Shown: in pieces, positions 29,463-39,266 of the stretch
How the letters are laid out: the number at the start of each line of letters is the position of its first letter
Numbering within the stretch: the stretch's first letter is position 1
DNA from: an uncultured Candidatus Saccharibacteria bacterium
Lineage (GTDB): Bacteria > Patescibacteriota > Minisyncoccia > Phycocordibacterales > UBA9973
Reading direction: 5' to 3'
Length of the DNA stretch: 64,000 nucleotides
NCBI GenBank assembly: GCA_964474435.1
Contig: CAYYSI010000001.1
Span: 62,647-126,646 of the forward strand
Program-made: the position numbers and the translations under genes
Notes under the pieces: generated by a model
Database searches by the model: none
The model's input: the letters and a program-made list of their open reading frames with translations, nothing else
Told to the model about the DNA's origin: nothing

Positions 29463-31589
29463 ATGCAATTCAAACTCTCTGGAGAATACCAACCCGCAGG
29501 GGACCAGCCCAAGGCTATCGAGAAGCTCGTGAAGGGTCTCAAAGACGGCAAGCAGATGCAGACACTGCTGGGTGCGACTGCAACTGGGAAAACATTCACG
29601 ATGGCCAATATCATAGAGACTGTTCAAAAGCCGACGCTCGTGATCGCCCACAACAAAACGCTTGCGGCTCAGCTTGCACAAGAGTTCAAGAGTTATTTCC
29701 CAGACAACGTCGTGCACTACTTCGTGTCCTACTACGACTACTACCAGCCAGAGGCGTACATGCCGATCACAGATACGTTTATTGAAAAAGATGCCCAGAT
29801 CAACAAAGAAATTGATCGTCTCCGTCATGCGACCACTCAAGCATTGCTCACGCGCAAGGATGTGATCATTGTCGCATCGGTCTCGTGTATCTACGGTCTC
29901 GGATCTCCTGTCGAGTATGAAAAGACGAATTTCAAAATTGAAAAAGGCATGAAGCTCTCGCGTACCCAAGCAATGGAGCGACTCATCTCCATTCACTTTT
30001 CTCGTACAACTGCCGACCTCTCGAGTGGGACATTTCGTGCATTGGGAAATAAAATCGACATTATGCCGGTCTCTGACACGATCATGTATCAGATCGACTT
30101 CACTGGCAACGTCGTACAAAGCATCACCAAGATCGATCCAGTGTCTTCCAAGATTTTGAACGACGAAGAATTCGTCTATATCTTCCCGGCGAAACACTTC
30201 ATCACTAATGGCGAAGAAAAGGATCGTGCAGTGCGCGACATCCAACACGAGCTCGATCAGCAGCTCAAACATTTCGAAGTAGAAGGCAAGCTCCTCGAGG
30301 CAGAACGCATCAAACGTCGTACCAACTACGACCTCGCGATGATCAAAGAAATGGGGTACTGCTCCGGTATCGAAAACTACTCTCGGCATATGTCTGGCAA
30401 AGCTGTTGGCGAACCACCAGAAACACTGCTTTCATATTTCCCACACAAAGCTGATGGGAGCGCGGACTTTATGTTATTTATTGATGAGTCACACGTAACG
30501 ATCCCACAGTTGGGAGGAATGTATGCAGGAGACGCATCACGCAAACAGACACTTGTAGAGTTTGGATTCCGTTTGCCAAGTGCCAAAGACAACCGCCCGT
30601 TGAAGTTTGAGGAATTTAAAGAACGCATTGGACAAACAATATTTGTCTCTGCAACACCGGGTGCATATGAAAAGGAACATTCAGAACAAATCGTCGAGCA
30701 GATCATTCGCCCGACTGGACTTGTGGATCCACTCGTAGAAGTGCGGCCAATTCTCGAGGGAAGTCCAATCGCATTTCATTCTGGTGAGACTGAACAGGCC
30801 TATGACAAATCTGATGCACAGGCACGCAGTGACTATCCTGGCCAAGTCCAAGACTTCATCAACGAAGCTGAAAAGGAAATCAAGAGTGGCGGACGCGTCC
30901 TTGCAACGACACTTACAAAAAAAATGGCAGAAGACTTATCTGCGTATCTCAAAGAAAGAAAAATAAAATCCGAATATCTCCACTCCGATATCAAGACGAT
31001 TGAGCGCATTCAGATCATCACAAAGTTCCGAAAAGGGGAGTTTGATATTTTGGTCGGAGTGAACTTGCTTCGAGAAGGTCTTGATATGCCAGAAGTATCA
31101 CTCATCGGTATTTTGGACGCAGACAAGGAGGGATTCTTGCGTAGCGAAGTGTCATTGATCCAGACGATCGGGCGAGCCGCACGTAATGCAAATGGTCGCG
31201 TGATCCTGTATGCCGACAACATGACTGGCTCAATGGAGCGCGCGATAGGTGAGACCAGACGACGTCGTGATGTACAGCTTGCCTACAATGCCGAGCATGG
31301 CATCACGCCAAAAACTATCTCTAAGGTTATTCGCGATATCACCGAAGGCATGGAGACTGAGCATTCCAAGGCAGTGAATGCTGAGCTCGCACTCGATCTC
31401 GAACTCTTTGCGCAGATCGAAAAGGATCAAAAGGGAAGAAAGACGAAAGGTAAAAATCCAATCGAAAAGTTAATCAAGATCAAAGAAGTTGAAATGAAAG
31501 AAGCGGTGAAGCTCCTCGACTTCGAAACAGCGGCAATATTGCGTGATGAGATTGGCGTGTTGAGAGAAAAGACGTATATAAATCCTTAA
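29463..31589 (+). CDS. uvrB: Excinuclease ABC subunit B
   Basis: GATATGKT, YYDYYQPEAY, DESH, C-terminal UVR motif FETAAILRD. Confidence 0.97.
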   Translation: MQFKLSGEYQPAGDQPKAIEKLVKGLKDGKQMQTLLGATATGKTFTMANIIETVQKPTLVIAHNKTLAAQLAQEFKSYFPDNVVHYFVSYYDYYQPEAYMPITDTFIEKDAQINKEIDRLRHATTQALLTRKDVIIVASVSCIYGLGSPVEYEKTNFKIEKGMKLSRTQAMERLISIHFSRTTADLSSGTFRALGNKIDIMPVSDTIMYQIDFTGNVVQSITKIDPVSSKILNDEEFVYIFPAKHFITNGEEKDRAVRDIQHELDQQLKHFEVEGKLLEAERIKRRTNYDLAMIKEMGYCSGIENYSRHMSGKAVGEPPETLLSYFPHKADGSADFMLFIDESHVTIPQLGGMYAGDASRKQTLVEFGFRLPSAKDNRPLKFEEFKERIGQTIFVSATPGAYEKEHSEQIVEQIIRPTGLVDPLVEVRPILEGSPIAFHSGETEQAYDKSDAQARSDYPGQVQDFINEAEKEIKSGGRVLATTLTKKMAEDLSAYLKERKIKSEYLHSDIKTIERIQIITKFRKGEFDILVGVNLLREGLDMPEVSLIGILDADKEGFLRSEVSLIQTIGRAARNANGRVILYADNMTGSMERAIGETRRRRDVQLAYNAEHGITPKTISKVIRDITEGMETEHSKAVNAELALDLELFAQIEKDQKGRKTKGKNPIEKLIKIKEVEMKEAVKLLDFETAAILRDEIGVLREKTYINP

Positions 31590-32038
31590 ACCTTCCTCGG
31601 CAATGGATGCAAATGCGCAGCGATACCGATCGCAGCTGCGATGATGACGAGGTTTTTGATGATGTATTGGCCTTCGAGAGTTGGCACAAATGGGCGACTG
31701 AATGTTTCGTGTGGTAGGAAAAAGAGCGGGAGGAATGTTGTCATCATATGAAAGAGGAGAAGTGGGAGCATGATGCGCTCGGCACCCGGTATCAAAAAGA
31801 GTATTCCGATCAAACATTCAAAGAGTGCAAAGCCTATATAGAATGCATGGAATGGTACGAGCCCGAGAAGTGTTTGGTCAAAGAGTGAGTGGACGAGCGA
31901 TCCTGCAGGCGAGAGTCCGATCACTTTGAGTATGCCAAACCAGAAAAATATAACAAAGAGCGCGATGCGTGCCGCGGGCAAACTAATGCGGCGCAAAAAG
32001 TGAATGATACGCGCGTCAGTTTCTGGGATGGTTTCCAT
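31586..32038 (-). CDS. DoxX/DUF417-like membrane protein
   Basis: RIALFVIFFWFGILK, GQYIIKNL; about 4 TM. Confidence 0.8.
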   Translation of the reverse strand: METIPETDARIIHFLRRISLPAARIALFVIFFWFGILKVIGLSPAGSLVHSLFDQTLLGLVPFHAFYIGFALFECLIGILFLIPGAERIMLPLLLFHMMTTFLPLFFLPHETFSRPFVPTLEGQYIIKNLVIIAAAIGIAAHLHPLPRKV

Positions 32039-32061
32039 GTCATTAAGTATATCAGGTACCA

Positions 32062-32146
32062 CTCGTCAGTAGAAGATAGTTTCTTTCCGCAAACTCGGTG
32101 CTGCGCCCTCAAACAGTGCTACAAGAAACCATCTTCTACTGCCTCG
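32062..32146 (-). repeat. Palindromic element, copy D
   Basis: 19-bp arms 32067-32085/32123-32141 with one mismatch; minus-strand core TGTTTGAGGGCGCAGCACCGAGTTTGC. Confidence 0.7.
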
Positions 32147-32265
32147 CTCAGTGCTAGTATACGGAGCTCGCTGGAGATTGCACAGCGTGCTATAATGGTA
32201 CTGCAAAATATGATACATACCCCTATACGCGCAAGCGGAGGGGATTTGCCGCTACATACAAACAT

Positions 32266-34989
32266 ATGAAAAAGACCACAGAAAACAACAGAACAACAGA
32301 GCAACCAGGCACATCGATCGTTGTGAAGGGTGCACGCACGCACAATCTCAAAAACGTGTCAGTTGAAATGCCGCGCAATGCAATGATTGCGATCACGGGC
32401 CTTTCGGGGTCGGGCAAAAGCTCGCTTGCATTTGATACGATCTTTGCCGAAGGGCAGCGTCGATATGTCGAGAGTCTGTCGTCATATGCGCGACAGTTCT
32501 TGAACCAAATGCCAAAGCCTGATGTAGACGAGATCACCGGACTTTCGCCAGCGATCTCTATCGATCAGAAATCTCGCTCCAACAACCCACGCTCAACCGT
32601 TGCAACGATCACCGAGATCTACGACTACCTCCGCGTCCTCTATGCCCGCATCGGCAAGGCGTACTGTCCTGTGTGCGGCACACTTATCACCAAACTCTCA
32701 CCCGAAGAAATCAATGCATTCATCCTCGCCAAGATTAAAGAAGTAGGGAAGACCAATACCAAGAAGGTAATGGATGTCGGATTTAATGATACGCGTATTC
32801 AGATATTTGCGCCTATTGTTCGCGGTCGCAAAGGTGAGTACTACCAGCTGCTCTACGATCTCTTGGGTAAAGGATTCTCGACTATCCGTGTCGATGGTCA
32901 GATCAAACAACTGCGCGAGCGTATCGAACTCAAGAAAAATGACAAACACACGATTGAAGTATTGGTTGACGAGCTTGCCGTACATGAATTCAAGGATAAC
33001 CCACGTGACGCAGAGCTCCGACTCTTTGAAGCGGTAGAACGCGCGTTACTTGAGGCAGATGGGTTGGTGCAAGTTGTCATTGGCAACTCAGCAGATTTTG
33101 AAATGCAGACTGAGCCGATCCAAGAATTCCTCTTGTCAGCAAAGTTTTCATGTCCGAATGATGGATATAGTTTCCCCGAAATTGAGCCGCGACTCTTTTC
33201 ATTCAACTCGCCATATGGGGCATGTCCTGAGTGTAATGGTATCGGTACCAAGTTTTTTGGCGGCACGGAGCCGTGTCCTGTGTGTGAAGGCAAGCGTTTG
33301 CGGCCTGAAGCTTTGAATGTGTTCTTAGAAGCGGCAGTCTCCGGAAAGCAATTTCCTCGGTCCTCGGGTCGCAGTACTGCGTCTGCTCAACCAGACACTC
33401 AGAAATCACTTTCCGGATCCGCCGCTAAAATTAATATTGTGGATTTAACTTCTTTCTCTGTCGAAGAAGCATTTGATTTCTTTGGAGGACTCAAACTCTC
33501 TGCCAAGGATCGCGAGATCGGCAAGGCCATCATGAAAGAAATCGAAGATCGCCTCACCTTCCTTTTAAATGTTGGTTTGGAATACCTCGCCCTTTCGCGT
33601 ACTGCCAATACCCTCTCTGGAGGTGAAGCGCAACGCATCCGCCTAGCTTCCCAACTTGGGTCACGTCTTGTGGGCGCACTCTATGTGCTCGACGAGCCAA
33701 CGATTGGTCTGCACCAGCGCGACAACGAACGCTTGATCAAAACTCTGGAGGACTTGCGTGATCTCGGCAACACGATCATTGTCGTTGAGCATGACGAAGA
33801 CACGATCCTCGCATCCAACTATATGGTTGAGATCGGTCCGGGTGCCGGTATTCATGGAGGGAACGTCGTCGTCGCAGACAACCTTGCGAAGCTTTTGAGT
33901 GCAAAGAAAAATGATAGTGGAAGTCGCACGCTCGCATATCTGCGCAAAGAAGAAGCAATCGAAGTCCCCGAAAAGCGACGCGATACAGACAAAGGCATGC
34001 TCAAAATCGTCGGTGCAAATCTCCACAACCTCCATAACCAAAACATCGATGTACCACTCGGCAAAATGGTTGCGATCACTGGAGTTTCAGGTTCTGGAAA
34101 GAGTACGTTCCTCTACGACGTCTTGTACAAAAACTTGCAGGCAAAATTTGAGCGCAAATCCCGCAGTGCACAAATCTACAACTGCGCATCATTTACGGGT
34201 AGCGAATACCTCGCGCGCGTCATCATGATCGACCAGTCACCAATCGGTCGTACACCACGATCAAACATCGCGACATACACTGGGGCATTCACCCACATCC
34301 GAGAAATATTTGCTGCAACAGAGGAAGCACGCCTGCGTGGCTGGAAGCTCAATCGATTTTCATTCAATGTCAAAGGTGGCCGTTGCGAAGCCTGCGAAGG
34401 AAATGGTGAGATCGCAGTTGAAATGCACTTCTTGCCGACGGTGTATGTGACGTGTGATGTGTGTAATGGAAAAAGATTTGACAAGGAAACACTCACGGTG
34501 AAATACAAGCGCAAGAGTATTTATGATGTGCTCCAGCTCTCAGTTGAGGAAGCACTTGAATTCTTCCAGGATATCCCGGCGATCAGTGATCGACTCAAAA
34601 CATTGAACGACGTGGGGCTGGGGTATGTGAAGCTCGGACAAAGTGCAACCACACTTTCTGGTGGGGAAGCACAACGTGTAAAGATCGCATCAGAGCTCTA
34701 TCGTCCATATCTTGAAAAGACCATCTACCTGCTCGATGAACCCACTGTCGGACTCCACTATGACGATGTCAAAAATCTCATCGGTGTATTAAATAGACTT
34801 GTTGCAAAAGGAAATACCGTCGTCGTTATCGAACACAACCTCGACCTGATCAAATGTGCCGACTACCTTATCGACTTTGGTCCCGAAGGCGGTGTTGCCG
34901 GCGGCAAGATCATTGCAAAAGGAACCCCCGAGGACGTGGCGAACAATAAACATAGCTTCACGGGTCAATACCTCAAGAAAATTTTGTAA
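32266..34989 (+). CDS. uvrA: Excinuclease ABC subunit A (insertion domain absent; contains in-frame palindrome)
   Basis: Two Walker A motifs (GLSGSGKS, GVSGSGKS), two LSGGEAQR signatures, Zn fingers. Confidence 0.97.
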   Translation: MKKTTENNRTTEQPGTSIVVKGARTHNLKNVSVEMPRNAMIAITGLSGSGKSSLAFDTIFAEGQRRYVESLSSYARQFLNQMPKPDVDEITGLSPAISIDQKSRSNNPRSTVATITEIYDYLRVLYARIGKAYCPVCGTLITKLSPEEINAFILAKIKEVGKTNTKKVMDVGFNDTRIQIFAPIVRGRKGEYYQLLYDLLGKGFSTIRVDGQIKQLRERIELKKNDKHTIEVLVDELAVHEFKDNPRDAELRLFEAVERALLEADGLVQVVIGNSADFEMQTEPIQEFLLSAKFSCPNDGYSFPEIEPRLFSFNSPYGACPECNGIGTKFFGGTEPCPVCEGKRLRPEALNVFLEAAVSGKQFPRSSGRSTASAQPDTQKSLSGSAAKINIVDLTSFSVEEAFDFFGGLKLSAKDREIGKAIMKEIEDRLTFLLNVGLEYLALSRTANTLSGGEAQRIRLASQLGSRLVGALYVLDEPTIGLHQRDNERLIKTLEDLRDLGNTIIVVEHDEDTILASNYMVEIGPGAGIHGGNVVVADNLAKLLSAKKNDSGSRTLAYLRKEEAIEVPEKRRDTDKGMLKIVGANLHNLHNQNIDVPLGKMVAITGVSGSGKSTFLYDVLYKNLQAKFERKSRSAQIYNCASFTGSEYLARVIMIDQSPIGRTPRSNIATYTGAFTHIREIFAATEEARLRGWKLNRFSFNVKGGRCEACEGNGEIAVEMHFLPTVYVTCDVCNGKRFDKETLTVKYKRKSIYDVLQLSVEEALEFFQDIPAISDRLKTLNDVGLGYVKLGQSATTLSGGEAQRVKIASELYRPYLEKTIYLLDEPTVGLHYDDVKNLIGVLNRLVAKGNTVVVIEHNLDLIKCADYLIDFGPEGGVAGGKIIAKGTPEDVANNKHSFTGQYLKKIL
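33330..33426 (-). repeat. Palindromic element in frame inside uvrA, copy E
   Basis: AGCGGCAGTCTCCGGAAAGCAATTTC ... GAAATCACTTTCCGGATCCGCCGCT arms; encodes AAVSGKQFPRSSGRSTASAQPDTQKSLSGSAA. Confidence 0.75.
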
Positions 34990-34990
34990 T

Positions 34991-35021
34991 AAAAAAGATC
35001 ACATGTTACATGTGATCTTTT
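34991..35021. terminator. Bidirectional terminator
   Basis: AAAAGATCACATGT-t-ACATGTGATCTTTT near-perfect palindrome between convergent genes. Confidence 0.85.
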
Positions 35022-35040
35022 GCAATTTTTCAGGAATCAA

Positions 35041-35991
35041 TTAAGACGTAGATTCATCTGATTGAGGAATTGGAGTATCGTCTTCAACTTCATCAGCGCT
35101 TTGAATGAGTTCCATCTGTATTGCTTTGTTAATAATCCTTTTCTTCTTTTCTTCCGGAGTGTCAAAATACTTGTAGCCTGTAATCTTTGTTTGTTTTGCA
35201 AGCTCACTTAGTTTTTTCTTTTCTGAAGTAGTGGTAGTAGTATTTACTGCACCACTTTTTTCTTCCTCAGGAATTGTCTTTTCAACTGCCGGCGTTAAAG
35301 TGATGGTTTGAATCGCATACCCTTCAGTTTTTAGAGTTCTCGAAAAATAGTAAATATCATTTTTGCTAAAAATCGAAGTATTCACTACTAAAAGTTTCAA
35401 GTCAGAATCTTTCATTGCCTTCGCCAATTCTATATCCATAGTATTGACGTTGTCACCAGTAATGATTTTCGTGCCCGGCTTCTCCTTAGTGATTACCTTG
35501 GCGCACTCATCAGCATCTTTTCCGGAAACAAAAAATACCACCTTTTGGTTCTCATCTGTTACCTCAGTAAACTGAGAAGATTCTATTGTAATAGAAGAGT
35601 ATCCATATCGAGGGGCATATTCAATTATGAACGTTTCCTCAACATCTTTTAAATCTTCCGCAGATAATGAGTTTTTTGCTAAAACCATTAACTCTGTCGG
35701 TTTGGCGAGTGCTGCATGAACGGCTACTAAAAGTTTTTTTGATTTTGCGTTTTCAAACCTGGGCCGATCAAAATCAGGGCTTAGGTTTTCTTTCTTTTCA
35801 TCGAGGAATTCAACTGCCCATTTTCCTCTCTGGATAATTTCCTTAAGTTCCGGGTTCATAGTTTCTCCTGGTTTTGGATAGTCCATAGCAGAAGGAGTAA
35901 TGCTTATAAATTTCCCTTCACCTAGATCTAGTGAGAGATATTTGTTTAAAATCTCTATTCCATCAGGAGTAGTAATGAGTAGTCTTGACAT
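35041..35991 (-). CDS. AT-rich hypothetical protein, possible Rho-N/HeH-like C-terminal motif
   Basis: 316 aa ORF with own TTGACA promoter (36053-36058); KKLSELAKQTKITGY motif. Confidence 0.75.
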   Translation of the reverse strand: MSRLLITTPDGIEILNKYLSLDLGEGKFISITPSAMDYPKPGETMNPELKEIIQRGKWAVEFLDEKKENLSPDFDRPRFENAKSKKLLVAVHAALAKPTELMVLAKNSLSAEDLKDVEETFIIEYAPRYGYSSITIESSQFTEVTDENQKVVFFVSGKDADECAKVITKEKPGTKIITGDNVNTMDIELAKAMKDSDLKLLVVNTSIFSKNDIYYFSRTLKTEGYAIQTITLTPAVEKTIPEEEKSGAVNTTTTTSEKKKLSELAKQTKITGYKYFDTPEEKKKRIINKAIQMELIQSADEVEDDTPIPQSDESTS

Positions 35992-36074
35992 ATATATTTT
36001 TTTAAAATGTGAAAGTAAAATTTTTCTTGACACTACTATAAAACACCTCTTTTGTCAATAAATAAAGAACCTTC

Positions 36075-36365
36075 TTATGGGGAAGGTTCTGACCAGGCAA
36101 TGGTGCCAAAAAGGAAGATGGTGAACGATACATGGAGCATAATCGCAGAAATACCGACTCCGGGAACTGCGACCCAATAGAGCCATACACAAAACAGAGT
36201 TCCAATAAGGAGAAAGATGGTACTACTGGTATTGCGGTCTTTGTTTGGATATCGCAGGGCAAACAGAATGGCAATACAACTGATCCCGATACATATACCA
36301 AAGAGAATTTGAGGATCAATTGGTCTAGCCAACAAATCCTCGCGAGGCGTGAATTTGTGGGGCAT
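36075..36365 (-). CDS. Small hypothetical membrane protein
   Basis: 96 aa, about 3 hydrophobic segments. Confidence 0.55.
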   Translation of the reverse strand: MPHKFTPREDLLARPIDPQILFGICIGISCIAILFALRYPNKDRNTSSTIFLLIGTLFCVWLYWVAVPGVGISAIMLHVSFTIFLFGTIAWSEPSP

Positions 36366-36438
36366 AGTATTTTTCTTTCATCCTACGTGATGGAAAGTTT
36401 CTGTCAATTTTATACCCCCGCACATGGCGGGGGTTTTA

Positions 36439-36666
36439 TTATTTGATGTATTTGTTTTTGAAATATTCCTCAAGAGTGATACGGTCTCGGGTGCCTTTAT
36501 TTGTAAAGGTGACAATCATATCAGAGGAATGGTCTGGATAAAGCCGCACAGTTGGGTGCGCAGGCAATACTTTTGATGTTTGTTCTGGAGGTACCAGAAG
36601 CGCTGCAAGGAAACCGAATACAATTACCGAGCAGCAGATGACAGATAGTGCTTGGAGTTTTTTCAT
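36439..36666 (-). CDS. Small hypothetical exported/membrane protein
   Basis: MKK signal-like N-terminus; followed by hairpin at ~36414-36437. Confidence 0.6.
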   Translation of the reverse strand: MKKLQALSVICCSVIVFGFLAALLVPPEQTSKVLPAHPTVRLYPDHSSDMIVTFTNKGTRDRITLEEYFKNKYIK

Positions 36667-36700
36667 GTTTCGGGGTTTTCTTATATGATACTCTTCTTAT

Positions 36701-37348
36701 ATGACGAGTCAACAATTGGCAAAATCCAAGGATATCTGGCAGAAAATTGGACCCACGCTCCTCAAGCAGTATCGCCGCGACGAGACCTTTTTGGACTACC
36801 AGAATCCATGGCAGCTCACCGTGGCCGTGACACTCTCTGCGCAAACTACTGATATCGGAGTAAACAAAGTCACACCATTATTGTTCAAGACATTTCCAAC
36901 TCCTGAATCATTGGCCAAAGCTCCGCTTCCAAAGATTGAGAAAATCATCGGCAGTCTTGGCTTTTATCGATCCAAGGCAAAGTATATAAAAGCTGCGGCA
37001 GATGTTGTGGTAAAGGAATTCAAAGGCGTGATACCCCATGATCCAGAACTCATTCAAAAGATGCCGGGCATTGGCCGCAAGGGTGCGATCGCAGTCATAT
37101 CGAATGCATATCCCAAATACGCCAACATCGGCATCCCAGTCGACACACATGTGATCAGATTTGTAAAAAGATTTAAGCTAACCAATGCAACTGATCCATC
37201 CAAGATAGAGCAAGATTTGCTCCAGATTATTCCGCAAAAGGATTGGAAACGCGCCGGCTATGCCATCAAAGAATACGGCCGCAAAGAAGGGAAGGCGAGA
37301 GGGTATAAGCAAGAGGAAGATCCGTTGGTACAAATTTTGAAGAAATAA
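36701..37348 (+). CDS. nth: Endonuclease III-family HhH-GPD glycosylase lacking the Fe-S motif
   Basis: LSAQTTD, PGIGRK (catalytic K), PVDTHV (catalytic D); no C-terminal Cys cluster. Confidence 0.88.
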   Translation: MTSQQLAKSKDIWQKIGPTLLKQYRRDETFLDYQNPWQLTVAVTLSAQTTDIGVNKVTPLLFKTFPTPESLAKAPLPKIEKIIGSLGFYRSKAKYIKAAADVVVKEFKGVIPHDPELIQKMPGIGRKGAIAVISNAYPKYANIGIPVDTHVIRFVKRFKLTNATDPSKIEQDLLQIIPQKDWKRAGYAIKEYGRKEGKARGYKQEEDPLVQILKK

Positions 37349-37354
37349 AACACA

Positions 37355-37609
37355 CTATAAAAGTGTGTCATCATCCGTACGTTTCCATCTGCTCGTTATT
37401 ATGCAAACCCATATCAGCAACCAGAGATAAGTTACGAAGATACTGGCGCCTGCGACTATTAAGATCGGGTAATGTACTGTGTTGAAATTTATTACATAGA
37501 GTACAACAAAACTCAAAGCTAACTTTTTCAGAGTACTACCTGGGGCATAATATATTGCTGATCCGGCAACAGTTAATATAAAGAGCGTGTGCATTAAAAA
37601 ACTTTTCAT
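37355..37609 (-). CDS. Small AT-rich membrane protein
   Basis: 84 aa hydrophobic ORF. Confidence 0.6.
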   Translation of the reverse strand: MKSFLMHTLFILTVAGSAIYYAPGSTLKKLALSFVVLYVINFNTVHYPILIVAGASIFVTYLWLLIWVCIITSRWKRTDDDTLL

Positions 37610-37644
37610 ATTCTTAATTTTTATGTTACATTAGAACATATTTT

Positions 37645-38892
37645 ATGATTCGTCAAGATTTAGACCAATTTGAATTGCCGGGGGAGCCGGGTGTGTATTT
37701 CTTCCGCGATAACGCGGGCAAGATTTTGTATATTGGCAAGGCGACAAGTCTGCGCGATCGCGTGCGCTCATACTTTGGTGCGGACTTGATCAAGACACGC
37801 GGCCCGAGACTTGTTGATATGGTATTCAAGGCAACGGCTGTCACCTGGCAACAAACGCCGAGTGTCCTCGAAGCATTGATCCTCGAAGCAAACCTAATCA
37901 AGAAATATCAGCCGCACTACAACCGCCAAGAAAAAGACGACAAGTCCTTTAACTGCGTCGTGATCACCAAAGAAGAATTCCCACGAATACTTCTCGCGCG
38001 CCAAAAGGATATCGATACCCGCGAAAAGCTCCTGACTCTACCCAAGCAAAAAGGCACCAAAGTAAAGTACGATGCGGTCTTTGGTCCGTATCCATCTGGT
38101 GCCTCCCTTCGCGAAGCACTTGCGATCATCAGACGCATTTTCCCATACCGCGATCGTGTGAGTGCGATGAAGGACAAAGAAGCATTCTATCGACAGATCC
38201 ATCTCTCACCCGACGTGACAAATGCCGAGGCGGCAAAAGTCTATCGCAAAAACATCGGCCATATCAAAAAGATTTTCCAAGGCAAACTGCAGACATTGAT
38301 CAACGAACTCAAAGTAGATATGAACAAAGCCGCCGCTGCTATGAAGTTCGAAGAGGCGAATGAGCTCAAACACAAGGTCTTTGCGCTCGAGCATGTGCAG
38401 GATGTGTCACTCATCAAACGCGACCTGATCCAGTCACGCGACGAGACGACGATCAGATTTGAGGCGTATGACATTGCGCATCTGTCGGGGACACAGATGG
38501 TGGGTGTCATGACAGTTGTCGAAAACAGTGCCGTACAAAAAGACGACTATCGCAAGTTCATCATCAGAGGATTCGACAAGGCAAATGATGCAGGTGCGCT
38601 GCGTGAAGTGCTCGTTCGCAGACTTGCACATACTGAATGGCCGTATCCAACAGCGATCGTTGTGGACGGCAATGCGATCCAAGTCAACGCCGCAAACAAA
38701 GTCTTGCGCGATCTCGACCTCTCGATCCCCATCATTGCAGTCACCAAAGACGAACGACACAAACCCAAGTCTATCTCAGGTCCAACTGAGCTCATTGACG
38801 CACACAAATTTGCGATATTGCTCGCAAATAATGAAGCACATCGCTACGCAATTGCATTCCACAAAGACAGAAGGAGAAAGGTGATGATTTGA
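37645..38892 (+). CDS. uvrC: Excinuclease ABC subunit C, short form without C-terminal HhH2
   Basis: PGVYFF...YIGKA (GIY-YIG), UVR motif, EAYDIAH RNase H-like domain, EAHRYAI. Confidence 0.92.
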   Translation: MIRQDLDQFELPGEPGVYFFRDNAGKILYIGKATSLRDRVRSYFGADLIKTRGPRLVDMVFKATAVTWQQTPSVLEALILEANLIKKYQPHYNRQEKDDKSFNCVVITKEEFPRILLARQKDIDTREKLLTLPKQKGTKVKYDAVFGPYPSGASLREALAIIRRIFPYRDRVSAMKDKEAFYRQIHLSPDVTNAEAAKVYRKNIGHIKKIFQGKLQTLINELKVDMNKAAAAMKFEEANELKHKVFALEHVQDVSLIKRDLIQSRDETTIRFEAYDIAHLSGTQMVGVMTVVENSAVQKDDYRKFIIRGFDKANDAGALREVLVRRLAHTEWPYPTAIVVDGNAIQVNAANKVLRDLDLSIPIIAVTKDERHKPKSISGPTELIDAHKFAILLANNEAHRYAIAFHKDRRRKVMI

Positions 38893-38916
38893 CAAAATTA
38901 TACAATAAAGTATAAT
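38889..38916 (+). promoter_or_regulatory. Consensus sigma-70 promoter overlapping the uvrC stop codon
   Basis: TTGACA-16-TATAAT. Confidence 0.8.
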
Positions 38917-38933
38917 ATAGAAAACTTAAAACA

Positions 38934-39212
38934 ATGTACGAAATTTATGTTTGGCTCAATGCGGTACCCGCAGTATTTGCCTGTATAGCTTTTGCAGCAA
39001 ATTGTGAATATTCAGAACAAAGTAAATTCGCTCCATTTAATTGGGAATACAAAAAGCCATTAAAAAGTTTTTGGGTTGGAATAATAGGTGTGCTATCTAT
39101 TACCCTCATTAGTTTTTTAATGGTGTTCTTCTGGCTATGGTTTCTTGAAACCGGGTTGAAGAAAAATAATGTATTCACGAGAAAATACTTTTTTCTGTAT
39201 GGATCAAAATAA
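38934..39212 (+). CDS. Small AT-rich membrane protein
   Basis: 92 aa with two hydrophobic segments, behind a consensus promoter. Confidence 0.6.
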   Translation: MYEIYVWLNAVPAVFACIAFAANCEYSEQSKFAPFNWEYKKPLKSFWVGIIGVLSITLISFLMVFFWLWFLETGLKKNNVFTRKYFFLYGSK

Positions 39213-39266
39213 TGTATTAATTACTTCCTATTACTTTAATAGGAAGTTTTTTGTTATAATTTCTCT

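Noticed and set aside
32150-32265. LexA/SOS box upstream of uvrA
   Set aside because: No convincing CTGT-N8-ACAG or GAAC-N4-GTTC palindrome was found by eye
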